From: an uncultured Methanoregulaceae archaeon
GTDB lineage: Archaea; Halobacteriota; Methanomicrobia; Methanomicrobiales; Methanospirillaceae
Direction of reading: 5' to 3'
Assembly: GCA_963737635.1 (NCBI GenBank)
Contig: CAVTTL010000001.1
Location: 960,001 to 1,024,000, forward strand
Length of the DNA stretch: 64,000 nt
The position numbers were made by a program, and so were the translations under genes. Shown here one piece after another: positions 20,909-31,124 of the stretch. Under the pieces are notes generated by a model. It did not search any database and had not been told where the DNA came from. It saw only the letters and a program-made list of their open reading frames with translations. Within the stretch, counting starts at the first letter, position 1. Every line of letters begins with the position of its first letter.

Positions 20909-21058
20909 TTAGTTTGTTCTCTTCTCTTTTTTCGGAGTATTCCAATATGGACTCTTACACTTCGGACAGACTTTGGGCTCGTCAGTGCCTCTGGCGATCC
21001 ATTCGTGCCCACACCGTTCACACTGGTAACCATCGACTACGAGTTTCACTTTAGCCAT
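20909..21058 (-). CDS. 49-aa C4 zinc-finger microprotein (absent from the ORF track)
   Basis: Manual translation MAKVKLVVDGYQCERCGHEWIARGTDEPKVCPKCKSPYWNTPKKEKRTN; CxxC...CPxC; divergent from the transposase. Confidence 0.8.
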   Translation of the reverse strand: MAKVKLVVDGYQCERCGHEWIARGTDEPKVCPKCKSPYWNTPKKEKRTN

Positions 21059-21185
21059 GATGCATAATATGTTACTTTGTTAGTATATAATTATGTAAGA
21101 TATTACCAACTAATCAACAAGTATATATGCAATGCTTACGTATATAGTAATATACCAACAAGGTAAGTTTAAGGAGTGAAAAAAG

Positions 21186-22421
21186 ATGCAAACCAACAAA
21201 CCCCTAACCACCAGCCGCGAAGAGAGGGGGCGAGCAATCGCAGAAAAGAGCGGTATGATTCAGAAAGTCAAAGACAACCAGTACAAGGTAAAGTCACAGT
21301 CTGGGAATGGTTCGTATGAGATCAAAATCGGCAAGAACGGAGCAGAATGTAGTTGCCCGGATTTCCAGAACCGGCACCAACCGTGCAAGCACATTCTAGG
21401 GCTTCGCTATTACCTCGAAGTGCAGAAAGATACGCCTCAGGGAACAGTCACCGAGAAGGTACGCTTAACATACTCTCAGGCATGGAGCGCGTACAACGCC
21501 GCACAGACTGAGGAGATCAAGATATTCGATGCTCTCCTGAAAGACTTGGTAAAAGCAATTCCTGAGCCCGAACAGAAGATGGGAAGACCACGCATACCGA
21601 TAAGTGAAAATCTGTTCTGCGCCATTCAGAAGGTTTACAGCCAGTTATCCAGCCGTCGCGCTCACAGTCTGTTCCAGAACGCGGTAGAGAAGAATCAGAT
21701 CGACCATGCGCCGTACTTCAATGCACCGTCGGCTCTCTTCAACAAACCCGAAATAACGCCCATTCTTCAGGAGTTAGTCACACTCTCAGCGTTACCCGTC
21801 GCTGAGCTGGAAACTGACTTCGCGGTAGATTCTACCGGGTTCAGGACGACAACTTTTAGTGAATACTGCGGGATGAAACACGGTCAGAAGAAGGCGCACC
21901 GGTGGATCAAGGCACACATGGCGACCGGCATTAAGACCAACATCGTTACCAGTATCGAAGTGACTTCTGAGAACTGCCACGACTCCCCGCAGTTCAAACC
22001 CCTCGTGAAAGACATTTCAAAGAACTTCGCTATCCGCGAGATTTCCGCCGACAAAGCATATTCATCGCGTGATAACTACGAAGCTGTAAATGAACTCGGC
22101 GGTACTGCTTATATCCCGTTCAAGAACCATGCAACCGGTAAGACACGTGGATCTCCCATCTGGAAGAAGATGTACCACTATTTCCAGCTCAACAAAGATG
22201 AGTTCATGGAGCACTATCACAAGCGGAGTAACACTGAGTCAACCAACGCGGCAATCAAGCGTAAGTTCGGAGAGACTCTGAAATCAAAGAACCATACTGC
22301 TCAGATCAATGAACTTCTGGCAAAGATCATCGCTTATAATCTGACGGTAGTAATCCACGAGATGTACGAGAACGGGATCACACCGGATTTCCTGCACGTA
22401 AAGTCCGGTGTCTGCACGTAA
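21186..22421 (+). CDS. DDE transposase (IS4/IS5-like DDE_Tnp_1 core) with N-terminal SWIM zinc finger
   Basis: SWIM CSCPDF...PCKH; catalytic AVDSTGF, ISADKAY and YHKRSNTESTNAAIK (Y-x2-R-x3-E-x6-K signature); SD AAGGAG upstream. Confidence 0.93.
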   Translation: MQTNKPLTTSREERGRAIAEKSGMIQKVKDNQYKVKSQSGNGSYEIKIGKNGAECSCPDFQNRHQPCKHILGLRYYLEVQKDTPQGTVTEKVRLTYSQAWSAYNAAQTEEIKIFDALLKDLVKAIPEPEQKMGRPRIPISENLFCAIQKVYSQLSSRRAHSLFQNAVEKNQIDHAPYFNAPSALFNKPEITPILQELVTLSALPVAELETDFAVDSTGFRTTTFSEYCGMKHGQKKAHRWIKAHMATGIKTNIVTSIEVTSENCHDSPQFKPLVKDISKNFAIREISADKAYSSRDNYEAVNELGGTAYIPFKNHATGKTRGSPIWKKMYHYFQLNKDEFMEHYHKRSNTESTNAAIKRKFGETLKSKNHTAQINELLAKIIAYNLTVVIHEMYENGITPDFLHVKSGVCT

Positions 22422-22455
22422 TGTCGGGTCAAATCCCTACTTTACGTGCAAAGCC
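22393..22455. repeat. Right-end array: two direct TGCACGTAA boxes plus the inverted terminal copy
   Basis: Direct copies at 22393 and 22413; inverted ACTTTACGTGCA at 22439-22450. Confidence 0.92.
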
Positions 22456-22587
22456 GGATGCCCGTGACATGGCCAAAACTCTTAATCAGAAAAAATAAAC
22501 GGACGCTTCCTTTTCTGAGGCGTATTATACATTATTTAGTTTAAACAAGTTCAGATTATTATTTTTCTCAAAATTTCTGCGGTACAC

Positions 22588-23535
22588 CTAATTGCTACCA
22601 CCTGTTAGCGTTATTATAACCGAACTAGATGCTGTGTTCTGTGCATCAGCTACAACCATAGTATAAGTTCCAGTGGGTCTTGTCACATCGAACGTATATT
22701 TATACGACCAGGTATTGTCCGCATTCAAGGGGAGGGTCGCGATAAGTTGGCTAAGTTGACCATTAGTCGATTGTTGAGGAGTATATAATGTGAGGCTCAC
22801 GCTTGTCGCACCCGTAGTACACAATCCGGTAAAAGTTACCGTTCCACCCTGGCTTAATTTAGATGTGCTTGGCACAATACTGATCGTCCCGCCGCCAACA
22901 ACGGAGAATGTTGCAGTAGCCGAACTAATTTTCTGTGCATCGTAGGCAGTCATGGAATAAGTCCCCGAGATTACCCGGTTCCCGGGGTTCCATGTGTAAC
23001 TCCATGAATTTGCCCCGTTTACTGCTACCTGAGCTACCTGCACGCCGTTCGTGTAGGCACCTGGCCCATAGAGCACCAGTAAAACGGTATTACTCCCCGA
23101 ACAGGTACCGTAAAAAGTCTGTGTGCTACCTATTGTCATGACCGTTGTGCTCTGCTGAATCGTAACGGTGGGCTGGGATCCTGTTGTAGATGCCGGTGGC
23201 TGCGTCACTGTTCCTGCCTGCGTCTGGGCGGGCTGCACAGTCTGAGATGTAACCGGCGTGAGAGCGGCATAGTAATTGGCGGTTTCCGTGGTGACCGTGA
23301 TATTGGTAATCCAGCTTTGGTAACCGGGATCACGGAATTCAAGTGTATGGGTCCCGGCCGATACACCGGAGAGGGTGCTAGGCGTCGTTCCCTGGTACAT
23401 TTTGTCGAGATATATCTGGGCGCCTTGCGGTGAGCTTGAAAACTGGAGAGTACCTTTGCCTGATGTCTGGCTCGATGTGCACCCGGTAATAAGAATACAA
23501 GCGATTAGGGCTGAAATAATAAGAAGCCGCTTCAT
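22588..23535 (-). CDS. Secreted/lipoprotein PEGA-domain surface protein
   Basis: Signal peptide ending LITGC; PEGA GTLQFSSSPQGAQIYLD...GTTP; Thr-rich linker followed by two Ig-like repeats. Confidence 0.85.
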   Translation of the reverse strand: MKRLLIISALIACILITGCTSSQTSGKGTLQFSSSPQGAQIYLDKMYQGTTPSTLSGVSAGTHTLEFRDPGYQSWITNITVTTETANYYAALTPVTSQTVQPAQTQAGTVTQPPASTTGSQPTVTIQQSTTVMTIGSTQTFYGTCSGSNTVLLVLYGPGAYTNGVQVAQVAVNGANSWSYTWNPGNRVISGTYSMTAYDAQKISSATATFSVVGGGTISIVPSTSKLSQGGTVTFTGLCTTGATSVSLTLYTPQQSTNGQLSQLIATLPLNADNTWSYKYTFDVTRPTGTYTMVVADAQNTASSSVIITLTGGSN

Positions 23536-23643
23536 TCCGTTTCCCTTATACTGGAGAGGTTATCATGATTATCAATTAAAATACTTGTGCAATTGCTTCA
23601 GGATTACAGAAATACCCAAGGTCATTCCCGAAAAAAGGGCATT

Positions 23644-24546
23644 TCAAGTTGTGGGTGCCAGGGACAGGATGTGTTTTGCAAGTTCGATGCTTTTTTCTTC
23701 TCCGGTCATTAGCGTATCAAGGCGTATCGCGTCCTTTACCTCAACTGGATCGCGCACGTCATGAATGAAAAGATCGACCAGATCCTTGTAGCACGCCGCT
23801 GTCCCCGCCGAAGTCGGTTCAAAGCCCGACGCCTTCATAAGGGCAGCTGCCGGACCGCTCACCGGTGCATCCCCGATAAACGGGCTTACGGCAATAACAA
23901 ATTTGTCCTTAAGGATATCCTTGAGGCCCCTGCATTCAAGAATGGGGGTAATGCTCGTGATCGGGTTTGACGGCCCGATGACCACGACATCGCTTGCCTC
24001 GACCGCCTGAATCACTTCTTCGGTACTTTCCGGGGGAGTTTTTGACCATCGCACGACATCGTCGATTCTGATCTGGCCTTTAGACCGGATCCAGTACTCC
24101 TGATAATGAATCAGGCCTAAGTCTGTTTTTACTTTTGTCGTAACTTCGGTATCGGACATCGGCAGGACGTTTTCCCTGACCCCGAAACGCTCGCAGAGGG
24201 TCCGGGTGACGTTTGTGAGCCTCGTCCCCTCCCGAAGCATGTTCCCCCGCGCGATATGCACTGCCCTATCCCGGTCGCCGATTGCTATGTACTCTCCAAG
24301 GCCCATATGGAGAATCTCATCGTGAGTGGTGAAGGTGTCGTTCCTTATCCCCCACCAAGTATCTGTGTTAAGTACCCCGGCAAAAAGGTACATGACGGTA
24401 TCGACGTCAGGCGATATGTGGTTGCCGGATATCCAGATATCCTCCGCCGTGTTCACAACGACCGAGATCTCGTGCCGGTCCATCACTTTTTGCATTCCGC
24501 GCAATAGCTTGGGGGTACCGGTCCCACCAGAAAGGAACGTAATCAT
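23644..24546 (-). CDS. cofD: 2-phospho-L-lactate transferase (F420 biosynthesis)
   Basis: [41 protein letters not shown]. Confidence 0.96.
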   Translation of the reverse strand: MITFLSGGTGTPKLLRGMQKVMDRHEISVVVNTAEDIWISGNHISPDVDTVMYLFAGVLNTDTWWGIRNDTFTTHDEILHMGLGEYIAIGDRDRAVHIARGNMLREGTRLTNVTRTLCERFGVRENVLPMSDTEVTTKVKTDLGLIHYQEYWIRSKGQIRIDDVVRWSKTPPESTEEVIQAVEASDVVVIGPSNPITSITPILECRGLKDILKDKFVIAVSPFIGDAPVSGPAAALMKASGFEPTSAGTAACYKDLVDLFIHDVRDPVEVKDAIRLDTLMTGEEKSIELAKHILSLAPTT

Positions 24547-24586
24547 TACTCAATACTTTTATGCGATGTATATGAAGATTCTTTTA

Positions 24587-25790
24587 GTGAATTCCAAGAT
24601 CATAAAAGATCCGGTCCATGGCTATGTGGAAGTGGATGAAGAGATCCTGCCGCTCCTTGATTCCCCCGCGATCCAACGTCTACGCTATATCCATCAACTC
24701 GGGTTTTCTTATCTTGTATATCCCGGTGCCAACCACACTCGTTTTGAACATTCGGTGGGCACAATGCACTTGGCCGGTGTTGCCTGCCGGCAATTCGGTC
24801 TTTCAAAGGAGGAGCGCCGGTTGGTGCTGGTCGCTGCGCTCCTGCATGATGTAGGGCACGGTCCGTTCTCGCATGCCAGCGAACCCCTCATGGAAGCATA
24901 TCTGGGCCGGACCCACGATGATATTGCCGGGATTGTAGAGAAACAGTTCAAAACGTTGTTGGAACCGCTGGAAATAAGTCCTTCTGATGTGTGTGCGATC
25001 GTAAAGGGCAGTCACCGGCTCTCGGGTATCATTCACGGAGATCTCGATGTAGACCGGATGGACTACCTACTCCGTGACGCGTACTATAGCGGAGCTCCAT
25101 ACGGCACGGTGGATGCACATCGCCTAATCAGGAACATTCACCTGACGCCGGAAGGGATTGCTCTCGACGAGAACGGCCTCAACGCTGCAGAATCACTGCT
25201 CATCGCAAGGACATTGATGCGGCCAACCGTTTACTTCCACCATGTAAGCCGGATTGGCGAGTGCATGTTCCAGCTTGCAGTGTTGGATCATATAGCAACG
25301 TGCCCGGCGGCGGTTTCGAGCGTATCTTTGCATTCGACGACGGAGAATGCATGCATGAACTCAAAAACTCGAAAAGTCCTCTTGCCCGTGAGTTGGCAGA
25401 TCGGCTCTGCGGCCGGCGGCTCTATAAACGGGCCGTGTATGCCGGGCAAGATCAGGTTAATGCAGCTGTGTTTCAGACTGGCTGGTCAGTTGAGCGAGGG
25501 CGAAAGGTCGCGGGAGAAATTGCTGATCTGGCGGGGTGCGTGGATGCCGATGTGCTGGTGGACGTCCCCCCGGTTCCGGGGACATGTCGCTCGAGGTCCA
25601 GGTAAAAAACCGGCATGCGCTCGTGGGTTTTTCTGAGTTATCTCCCCGTCTTGGAACACTCAACCAGACCCGGCGCGAGCAGTGGCGGCTGGGCGTGTAT
25701 ACCCTTCCCGAGTACCGCGATAAGGTTGCCGATGCCGCGGCGGAAATACTACACATCAAAAAGCCTACGCATCAAAACACTCTTTTCTAA
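24587..25790 (+). CDS. HD-domain phosphohydrolase (dNTPase-like); two apparent frameshifts near 25300 and 25580
   Basis: IKDPVHG, QRLRYIHQLG, HTRFEHS, LLHDVGHGPFSH, DVDRMDYL; C-terminus spread over three frames. Confidence 0.88.
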
Positions 25791-25883
25791 TTGTCAGATC
25801 CTCAGGTCAGGAGGGTTTTGCAGGTGAGGGCGTCGTGATAAAATAATAAACTCTAATAGGTGTCTTCTCCAAAACTATCTTTA

Positions 25884-26364
25884 ATGAAACTCTATCTTAT
25901 TCCCTGCTTGCTTCTGGTGATTCTAGGTGTTATAGGGGCGGGATGTACTCAAAGCAGTCTAACCGGGCAAGCCGGTCCTGTCACTCAGGGTACTTTCTAC
26001 AGTGACGACAATGCCAACGACTGAAATTACGACGACACAGCCAACCCTTGCCCTTGGTGATCAATATCTCCAGAACTCCTATCCTTTCACCAACCAAAGT
26101 AATAAGTTCACCGAGCAGATCCGCATTGCCGACCCATCATGGGCAATTGCGTATACAATACAGCCCCTGAGTGAAAATCTGCAAAATTGCTGGTTTGAAA
26201 TGACCGTGACCAATCTCGATACTCAGGAAAACCAGACTTTTAACTGGACATATCTTAATGAGACATACCAGCAATATCCCATGTATACGACGGGGCCTTA
26301 CCAGATCCAGATGACAGGAAATCTTGTCATGGTAAAACTGGATGTGGCAAAGCGTCTTCCATGA
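25884..26364 (+). CDS. Hypothetical lipoprotein (apparent frameshift near 25995)
   Basis: MKLYLIPCLLLVILGVIGAGCTQ lipobox-like start joins the Thr-rich ORF 26002..26364 in another frame. Confidence 0.6.
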
Positions 26365-26375
26365 GGTGAAATAAA

Positions 26376-26828
26376 ATGGCTGATATTACCAGCGACTTAG
26401 TTGTTATTACCTGCGGTGTCATCATCGTTATTATCGTACTTGCGATCAGTTTCTTCAGGCTCCGCTCCGCCGAGCGCAGGATGCAGGAAAGCAACAACAA
26501 ACTCAAGGCATACACGGATCTACTCAATGCCGTTACCGAAATCAATCTCTCCGGTGGTGACAGCTACAAGATGGATATAGCAAAAAAGAACCTGGCGCTC
26601 ACTCTTAACCGGCTTAATCTCATTGCTAGTTCCGGTGTTCTTAAAGGTGTCAGCGACCTTTTGGATTTCTTTAACGAACACAAAGACAAGGAATTTGACA
26701 CCCTCAGGCTCCACAATATCCTCAATACCATTGTCATCGAAGCCCGCCGGGATCTTAACCCGTCCCATGCACGCCGGGTGGAAGAGTCCCAGGTCAGGTA
26801 CCGGTTTTTTGGTCCTGTCCGGAAATAA
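26376..26828 (+). CDS. Hypothetical protein with N-terminal TM anchor
   Basis: SD GAGGTG; hydrophobic N-terminal helix followed by a helical soluble region. Confidence 0.7.
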   Translation: MADITSDLVVITCGVIIVIIVLAISFFRLRSAERRMQESNNKLKAYTDLLNAVTEINLSGGDSYKMDIAKKNLALTLNRLNLIASSGVLKGVSDLLDFFNEHKDKEFDTLRLHNILNTIVIEARRDLNPSHARRVEESQVRYRFFGPVRK

Positions 26829-26916
26829 CACCGTTTTTCGCCGGTTTCGACTATTGGTTTTTGCATAAACGCTTTTTACCTAGAGGCTCCGACATTGGTA
26901 TCACAGGAGGGGACAA

Positions 26917-27480
26917 ATGGTGCAAAGGGAAAAGGAGTACGTGGTCGGGGTGACGGGCGCAAGCGGGATCTGCTACGCCAGACGCCTGCTCGAGGTGTTA
27001 TGTCGGGATGCCTGCGTGCATCTTATCATCTCTGATGTAGCGCAGGAGATTGCACATCATGAGAGGATCGATCTATCAGGTTTTGAAGCGACGTATCACG
27101 ATGTCAGTGAGATCGGTGCGGGGATAGCCAGTGGATCTCACCGACACGATGGAATGGTCATTATTCCCTGTAGTGCAAAAACCCTCGCTGCGATAGCATC
27201 CGGCTATGCCGATAACCTGATCACCCGGACTGCCGATGTTTGCTTAAAAGAGCGCCGGAAATGCATCCTTGTCACCCGCGAGATGCCGCTCTCGCAGATT
27301 CATCTAAAAAATATGCTCGCGGCTCATGAAGCTGGCGCAACCATCATGCCGGCATGCCCTGGGTTCTACCAACATCCGGAGAAGATTGATGACCTCGTAG
27401 ATATGGTAGTGGCCCGGGTACTCGATCATCTTGGGGTCGCCCACACACTTTCAGAACGCTGGAGTGGTTATGATGCGTGA
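26917..27480 (+). CDS. ubiX: Flavin prenyltransferase UbiX
   Basis: VGVTGASG, IASGS, PCSAKTLAAIA, RTADVCLKERR, PGFY. Confidence 0.95.
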   Translation: MVQREKEYVVGVTGASGICYARRLLEVLCRDACVHLIISDVAQEIAHHERIDLSGFEATYHDVSEIGAGIASGSHRHDGMVIIPCSAKTLAAIASGYADNLITRTADVCLKERRKCILVTREMPLSQIHLKNMLAAHEAGATIMPACPGFYQHPEKIDDLVDMVVARVLDHLGVAHTLSERWSGYDA

Positions 27481-28712
27481 GTTTATCGCAAAGATGCGCG
27501 ATGAAGGGCTCGTTATCGATATCAACGAGCCGTGCTCTCCTGATATGCAGGCAGCAAAAATGGCCGCGGGAACGGACAAGATCCTGTTTTTCCACAATCT
27601 TGGCGGATCACGTGCGGTCATGAACCTGACTGCGGATCGGCACGCATTGTCCCTTTCGCTTGACTTAAACGAGAAAGATATGGTACAAAATCTTGCACAT
27701 GCGACATTTGAAGGTACTATAGTCCGGGAAGGAACATTTGCGATGAAAAAGCCGGATCTTTCCTGTATCCCGGTCATGCACTTTTTCCCAAAAGATGCCG
27801 GCAGATACTTCACTGCCGGGATTGTCTTCTCGAAATGGGATGGTGTGGAAAACGCGTCCATCCACCGTATGCTGGTTCTTGACGATCACCGTGTTGCCGC
27901 CCGGCTCGTTGAAGGGCGGCATACCCATGTGATGCTCAAAAGAGCACTCGCCTGCGGTGAGCGCCTGCCAATTGCAGTGGCCATCGGTGTTCATCCGGCA
28001 GTAACGTTTGCAAAGCTGCACCCGTGTGCCGGACGGAAAAGAACTATCCTATGCGGCTGAACTGCTGGGAGGGACACTCCGGGTAAAAGAGTGCAGTAAT
28101 GGCGTTCTTGTCCCCGCCGATGCCGAGATCGTTCTCGAAGGGTACATCGGTGCAGACGTAACAGACGAAGGGCCGTTTGTCGATATAACCGGTACCTATG
28201 ATCCGGTCCGACGCCAACCGGTAATCGAGTTCACCGGTATGTACACTAAACCGGACTTTATCTATCACAGCATCCTTCCTGGAGGAGACGAGCATAAAAT
28301 CCTAATGGGATGCCCGTACGAGCCCAAGATCTATCGCGCGGTTGCCGGCGTAACCGAAGTGAAAAATGTTGTACTTACTAAAGGAGGTTGTGGATATCTC
28401 CATGCAGTGATCCAAATAAAAAAGAGTACGCAGGGTGACGGGAAGAACGCAATCATGGCAGCTTTTGCCGCCCATACGTCGCTCAAACACGTGGTCGTTG
28501 TCGATGAAGATATTAACCCGTCGGATACCACCGACGTCGAATACGCTATTGCAACCAGGGTAAGCGGCGACGTGGATGTCATGGTTATCACCGGTGTCCG
28601 GGGGTCATCGCTTGATCCCTGCCAGAAGGAGGACGGCACTAACGTGAAAATCGGTGTCGATGCAACTATGGTATTGGGCCACGAGGACGAGTTCCGGCGT
28701 GCCACATGGTGA
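27473..28712 (+). CDS. UbiD-family prFMN decarboxylase, probable anhydromevalonate-phosphate decarboxylase (frameshift near 28012)
   Basis: DAGRY, NASIHR, AEIVLEG, EGPFVDITGTYD, KHVVVVDEDI; adjacent to ubiX and aconitase X. Confidence 0.85.
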
Positions 28713-29881
28713 CCGGCATGCACCTTGATCCCGAAGACGAGCAGATTCTTGCAGGTGAGCGGGGTGAGACCCGGCAGAAAATGCTTGAGCTACTTGTAGC
28801 TCTTGGGAAAGTGTTTGGCGCAGAGCAGCTGATCCCGATTAAGAGTGCGCAGGTAAGTGGGGCCTCCTATAAAACGATAGGAAAATACGGTCTCGAATGG
28901 CTTGCAAGCCTCGATGCAAAAGCGGTGGTCCCAGCAGTCCTCAACCCGATAGGCATGCCCCGGAGCCGGTGGGAAGAGATGGGGATTGCTCCGGATTTCG
29001 CAGAGAACCAGCAGGCCGTTGTGGCTGCCTATGAACGTCTGGGTATCCGGCTTGACTGTACCTGCACCCCCTACTACTTGTACAATACCCGGTATGGCGA
29101 TCATCTTGCCTGGTCGGAATCGTCGGCGGTTAGTTATGCGAACTCCGTGATCGGGGCCCGGACCAACCGTGAGGGAGGCCCAAGCGCCCTTGCCGCGGCC
29201 CTTATCGGGAAGACTCCTTGTTATGGGTTACATCTCGCCAAAAACCGCGTGCCGCAGATAGTGATCAGTATCCACGACGACACTTCCGGGTGGGGCATCG
29301 CCGAATTCGGGGCACTCGGATACCATGCAGGAAAAATCGTGGGAAACCGGATCCCGTATTTTCGCGGCATCCACCCGGAACCCGACCAGCTCAAGGCGAT
29401 CGGCGCCGCGATGGCGGCAACCGGGGCGGTGGCGTTATATCACGTTGAAGGCACTACCCCAGAGGCACAGAGAAACCGGTACGACCTTTCCGGCCTCGAA
29501 GTCATTCCGGTCGAAATGGCAGAGATATCACGTTTGTTCCTGGAGATTCCGGTTGATGCCGTTGCAATCGGCTGCCCACATTGCTCTGCCGCAGAACTAC
29601 AAGAAATTGCCCGGCTCCTTACCGGGAAAACGGTCACAAAACCCCTCTATGTCTTTGCCGCTCAGGGTGTCATTGACCGGAATGCGGAGATCGTCGGTCC
29701 CATCGAAAAGAGTGGGGCCAGGGTTTTTGCCGATACCTGTATGGTCGTTTCACCGGTGATGGAACAGTATCATGGCATCATGGTCAACAGCGGCAAGGCC
29801 CTTGCCTACGTACCCAACATGTGCGGCGGACAGGCACGGATCGGGACACTTGAGGATTGTATACGGATGGCTACCGGGTAG
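28706..29881 (+). CDS. Aconitase X catalytic subunit (DUF521), probable phosphomevalonate dehydratase large subunit
   Basis: SGASYKTIG, CTCTPY, AWSESSAV, GARTNREGG, IGCPH, DTCMVV, NSGKA. Confidence 0.9.
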   Translation: MVTGMHLDPEDEQILAGERGETRQKMLELLVALGKVFGAEQLIPIKSAQVSGASYKTIGKYGLEWLASLDAKAVVPAVLNPIGMPRSRWEEMGIAPDFAENQQAVVAAYERLGIRLDCTCTPYYLYNTRYGDHLAWSESSAVSYANSVIGARTNREGGPSALAAALIGKTPCYGLHLAKNRVPQIVISIHDDTSGWGIAEFGALGYHAGKIVGNRIPYFRGIHPEPDQLKAIGAAMAATGAVALYHVEGTTPEAQRNRYDLSGLEVIPVEMAEISRLFLEIPVDAVAIGCPHCSAAELQEIARLLTGKTVTKPLYVFAAQGVIDRNAEIVGPIEKSGARVFADTCMVVSPVMEQYHGIMVNSGKALAYVPNMCGGQARIGTLEDCIRMATG

Positions 29882-29921
29882 TATCAGATTTGGGTAAACC
29901 CCCGGATTGCGGAGAGAAGAT

Positions 29922-31040
29922 ATGAACGTTTTTGTGATTCTTGGCCTTTTTGTCATCTTCTGTGCAGTCCTGCTCGTTCCTTTTGCAACGAGAAAAGTCG
30001 AAGAAAATCTTGAAATGTTCCTGTTCTGCTGCGGGATCCTTGCACTCACGCTATCTGGCTTTGCGACCATTCCCGGAGAACATACGGGCTGGAGCGTTGC
30101 AATTGTCATCGAAGCCCTTACCCGTCCTTTAAACATTGTATCGGTGGTGGGTGTCCCAATCGGGATTGTACAGATTGTTCTTTTTATGGGTCTCCTCATT
30201 TACTATTTCCATCACCACCTGGAGCGGGCGATGAATGTTCTTGCCAGTACGTTTTCCCTTGCGGTGATGGTGCCGGCTTTGATCATCATCCTTGGCCTCG
30301 TTTCCAGTATCATATCAGCGATTCTCGCAGCTATCGTCCTTGTGGAAGTTGTTAACGCCTTACCTCTGGTAAAAGAAGCGAAGACTGAGATCACAGTCAT
30401 TGCCTGTTTTTCCATCGGCCTTGGTGCCGGTCTCACCCCGCTTGGCGAACCGCTCACCACGATCGTCATCTCCAAGCTCTCCGGCGACCCCTATCACGCC
30501 GGCTTCTCTTTCCTTGCCGACAGGCTTGGGATCTATATCGTGCCCGCCGTCATTTTCCTGGGTATTCTCGGGCTTTTTGCCCTAAAAAAACGGCAGGCGG
30601 ACGAGACAGACCTGAAATGCGTTGTCGGGCGCGAGAATATTACTGACGTGATCATACGGGCGGGAAAAGTCTACCTTTTCATCATGGCCCTTATCTTCCT
30701 CGGCGAAGGGTTCAGTCCTCTCATCCTTGGCTACGTAGTCCTTATTCCGCCGGAAGCCCTCTACTGGGTCAACATGGTCTCCGCAGTGCTCGATAACGCG
30801 ACCCTTGCCGCTGCCGAGATCAGCCCGGCACTCTCCTCGAGTCAGATCACCAGCGCCCTCATGGCACTGCTCATCTCGGGGGGGATGCTCATCCCGGGAA
30901 ACATTCCCAATATCATCGCCGCCACAAAAACGGGGATCACAAGCCGGGAGTGGGCACGGCTTGGCGTCCCCTTGGGTCTCTTCCTAATGGCGATATTCTT
31001 CGTTCTCCTCTTCATTCCCTCCCTCCTGGGTTTTGCGTGA
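29922..31040 (+). CDS. DUF1646-family membrane protein (ion-transporter superfamily)
   Basis: VEENLEMFLF, GLTPLGEPL, SAVLDNATL, GGMLIPGNIPNII. Confidence 0.85.
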   Translation: MNVFVILGLFVIFCAVLLVPFATRKVEENLEMFLFCCGILALTLSGFATIPGEHTGWSVAIVIEALTRPLNIVSVVGVPIGIVQIVLFMGLLIYYFHHHLERAMNVLASTFSLAVMVPALIIILGLVSSIISAILAAIVLVEVVNALPLVKEAKTEITVIACFSIGLGAGLTPLGEPLTTIVISKLSGDPYHAGFSFLADRLGIYIVPAVIFLGILGLFALKKRQADETDLKCVVGRENITDVIIRAGKVYLFIMALIFLGEGFSPLILGYVVLIPPEALYWVNMVSAVLDNATLAAAEISPALSSSQITSALMALLISGGMLIPGNIPNIIAATKTGITSREWARLGVPLGLFLMAIFFVLLFIPSLLGFA

Positions 31041-31124
31041 CGAGCGACACAACTCTATCGAGACCTTAGTCCGGTAGCAACAACCATGAGCTGCGATGCA
31101 TAATATGGTGTATACGGTGATCCC

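Larger units (their letters stand above)
18781..22455. mobile_element. Intact cargo-carrying DDE transposon, 3675 bp
   Basis: Left TIR GGCTTTGCACGTAA (18781-18794) is the exact reverse complement of right TIR TTACGTGCAAAGCC (22442-22455); flanked by a 9-bp direct duplication GGATGCCCG (18772-18780 and 22456-22464); contains a transposase and three other ORFs; cargo visibly AT-richer than the flanks. Confidence 0.93.

Noticed and set aside
24326-24586. Long N-terminal extension of the HD protein
   Set aside because: It overlaps cofD on the opposite strand; family homology begins at KIIKDPVHG.
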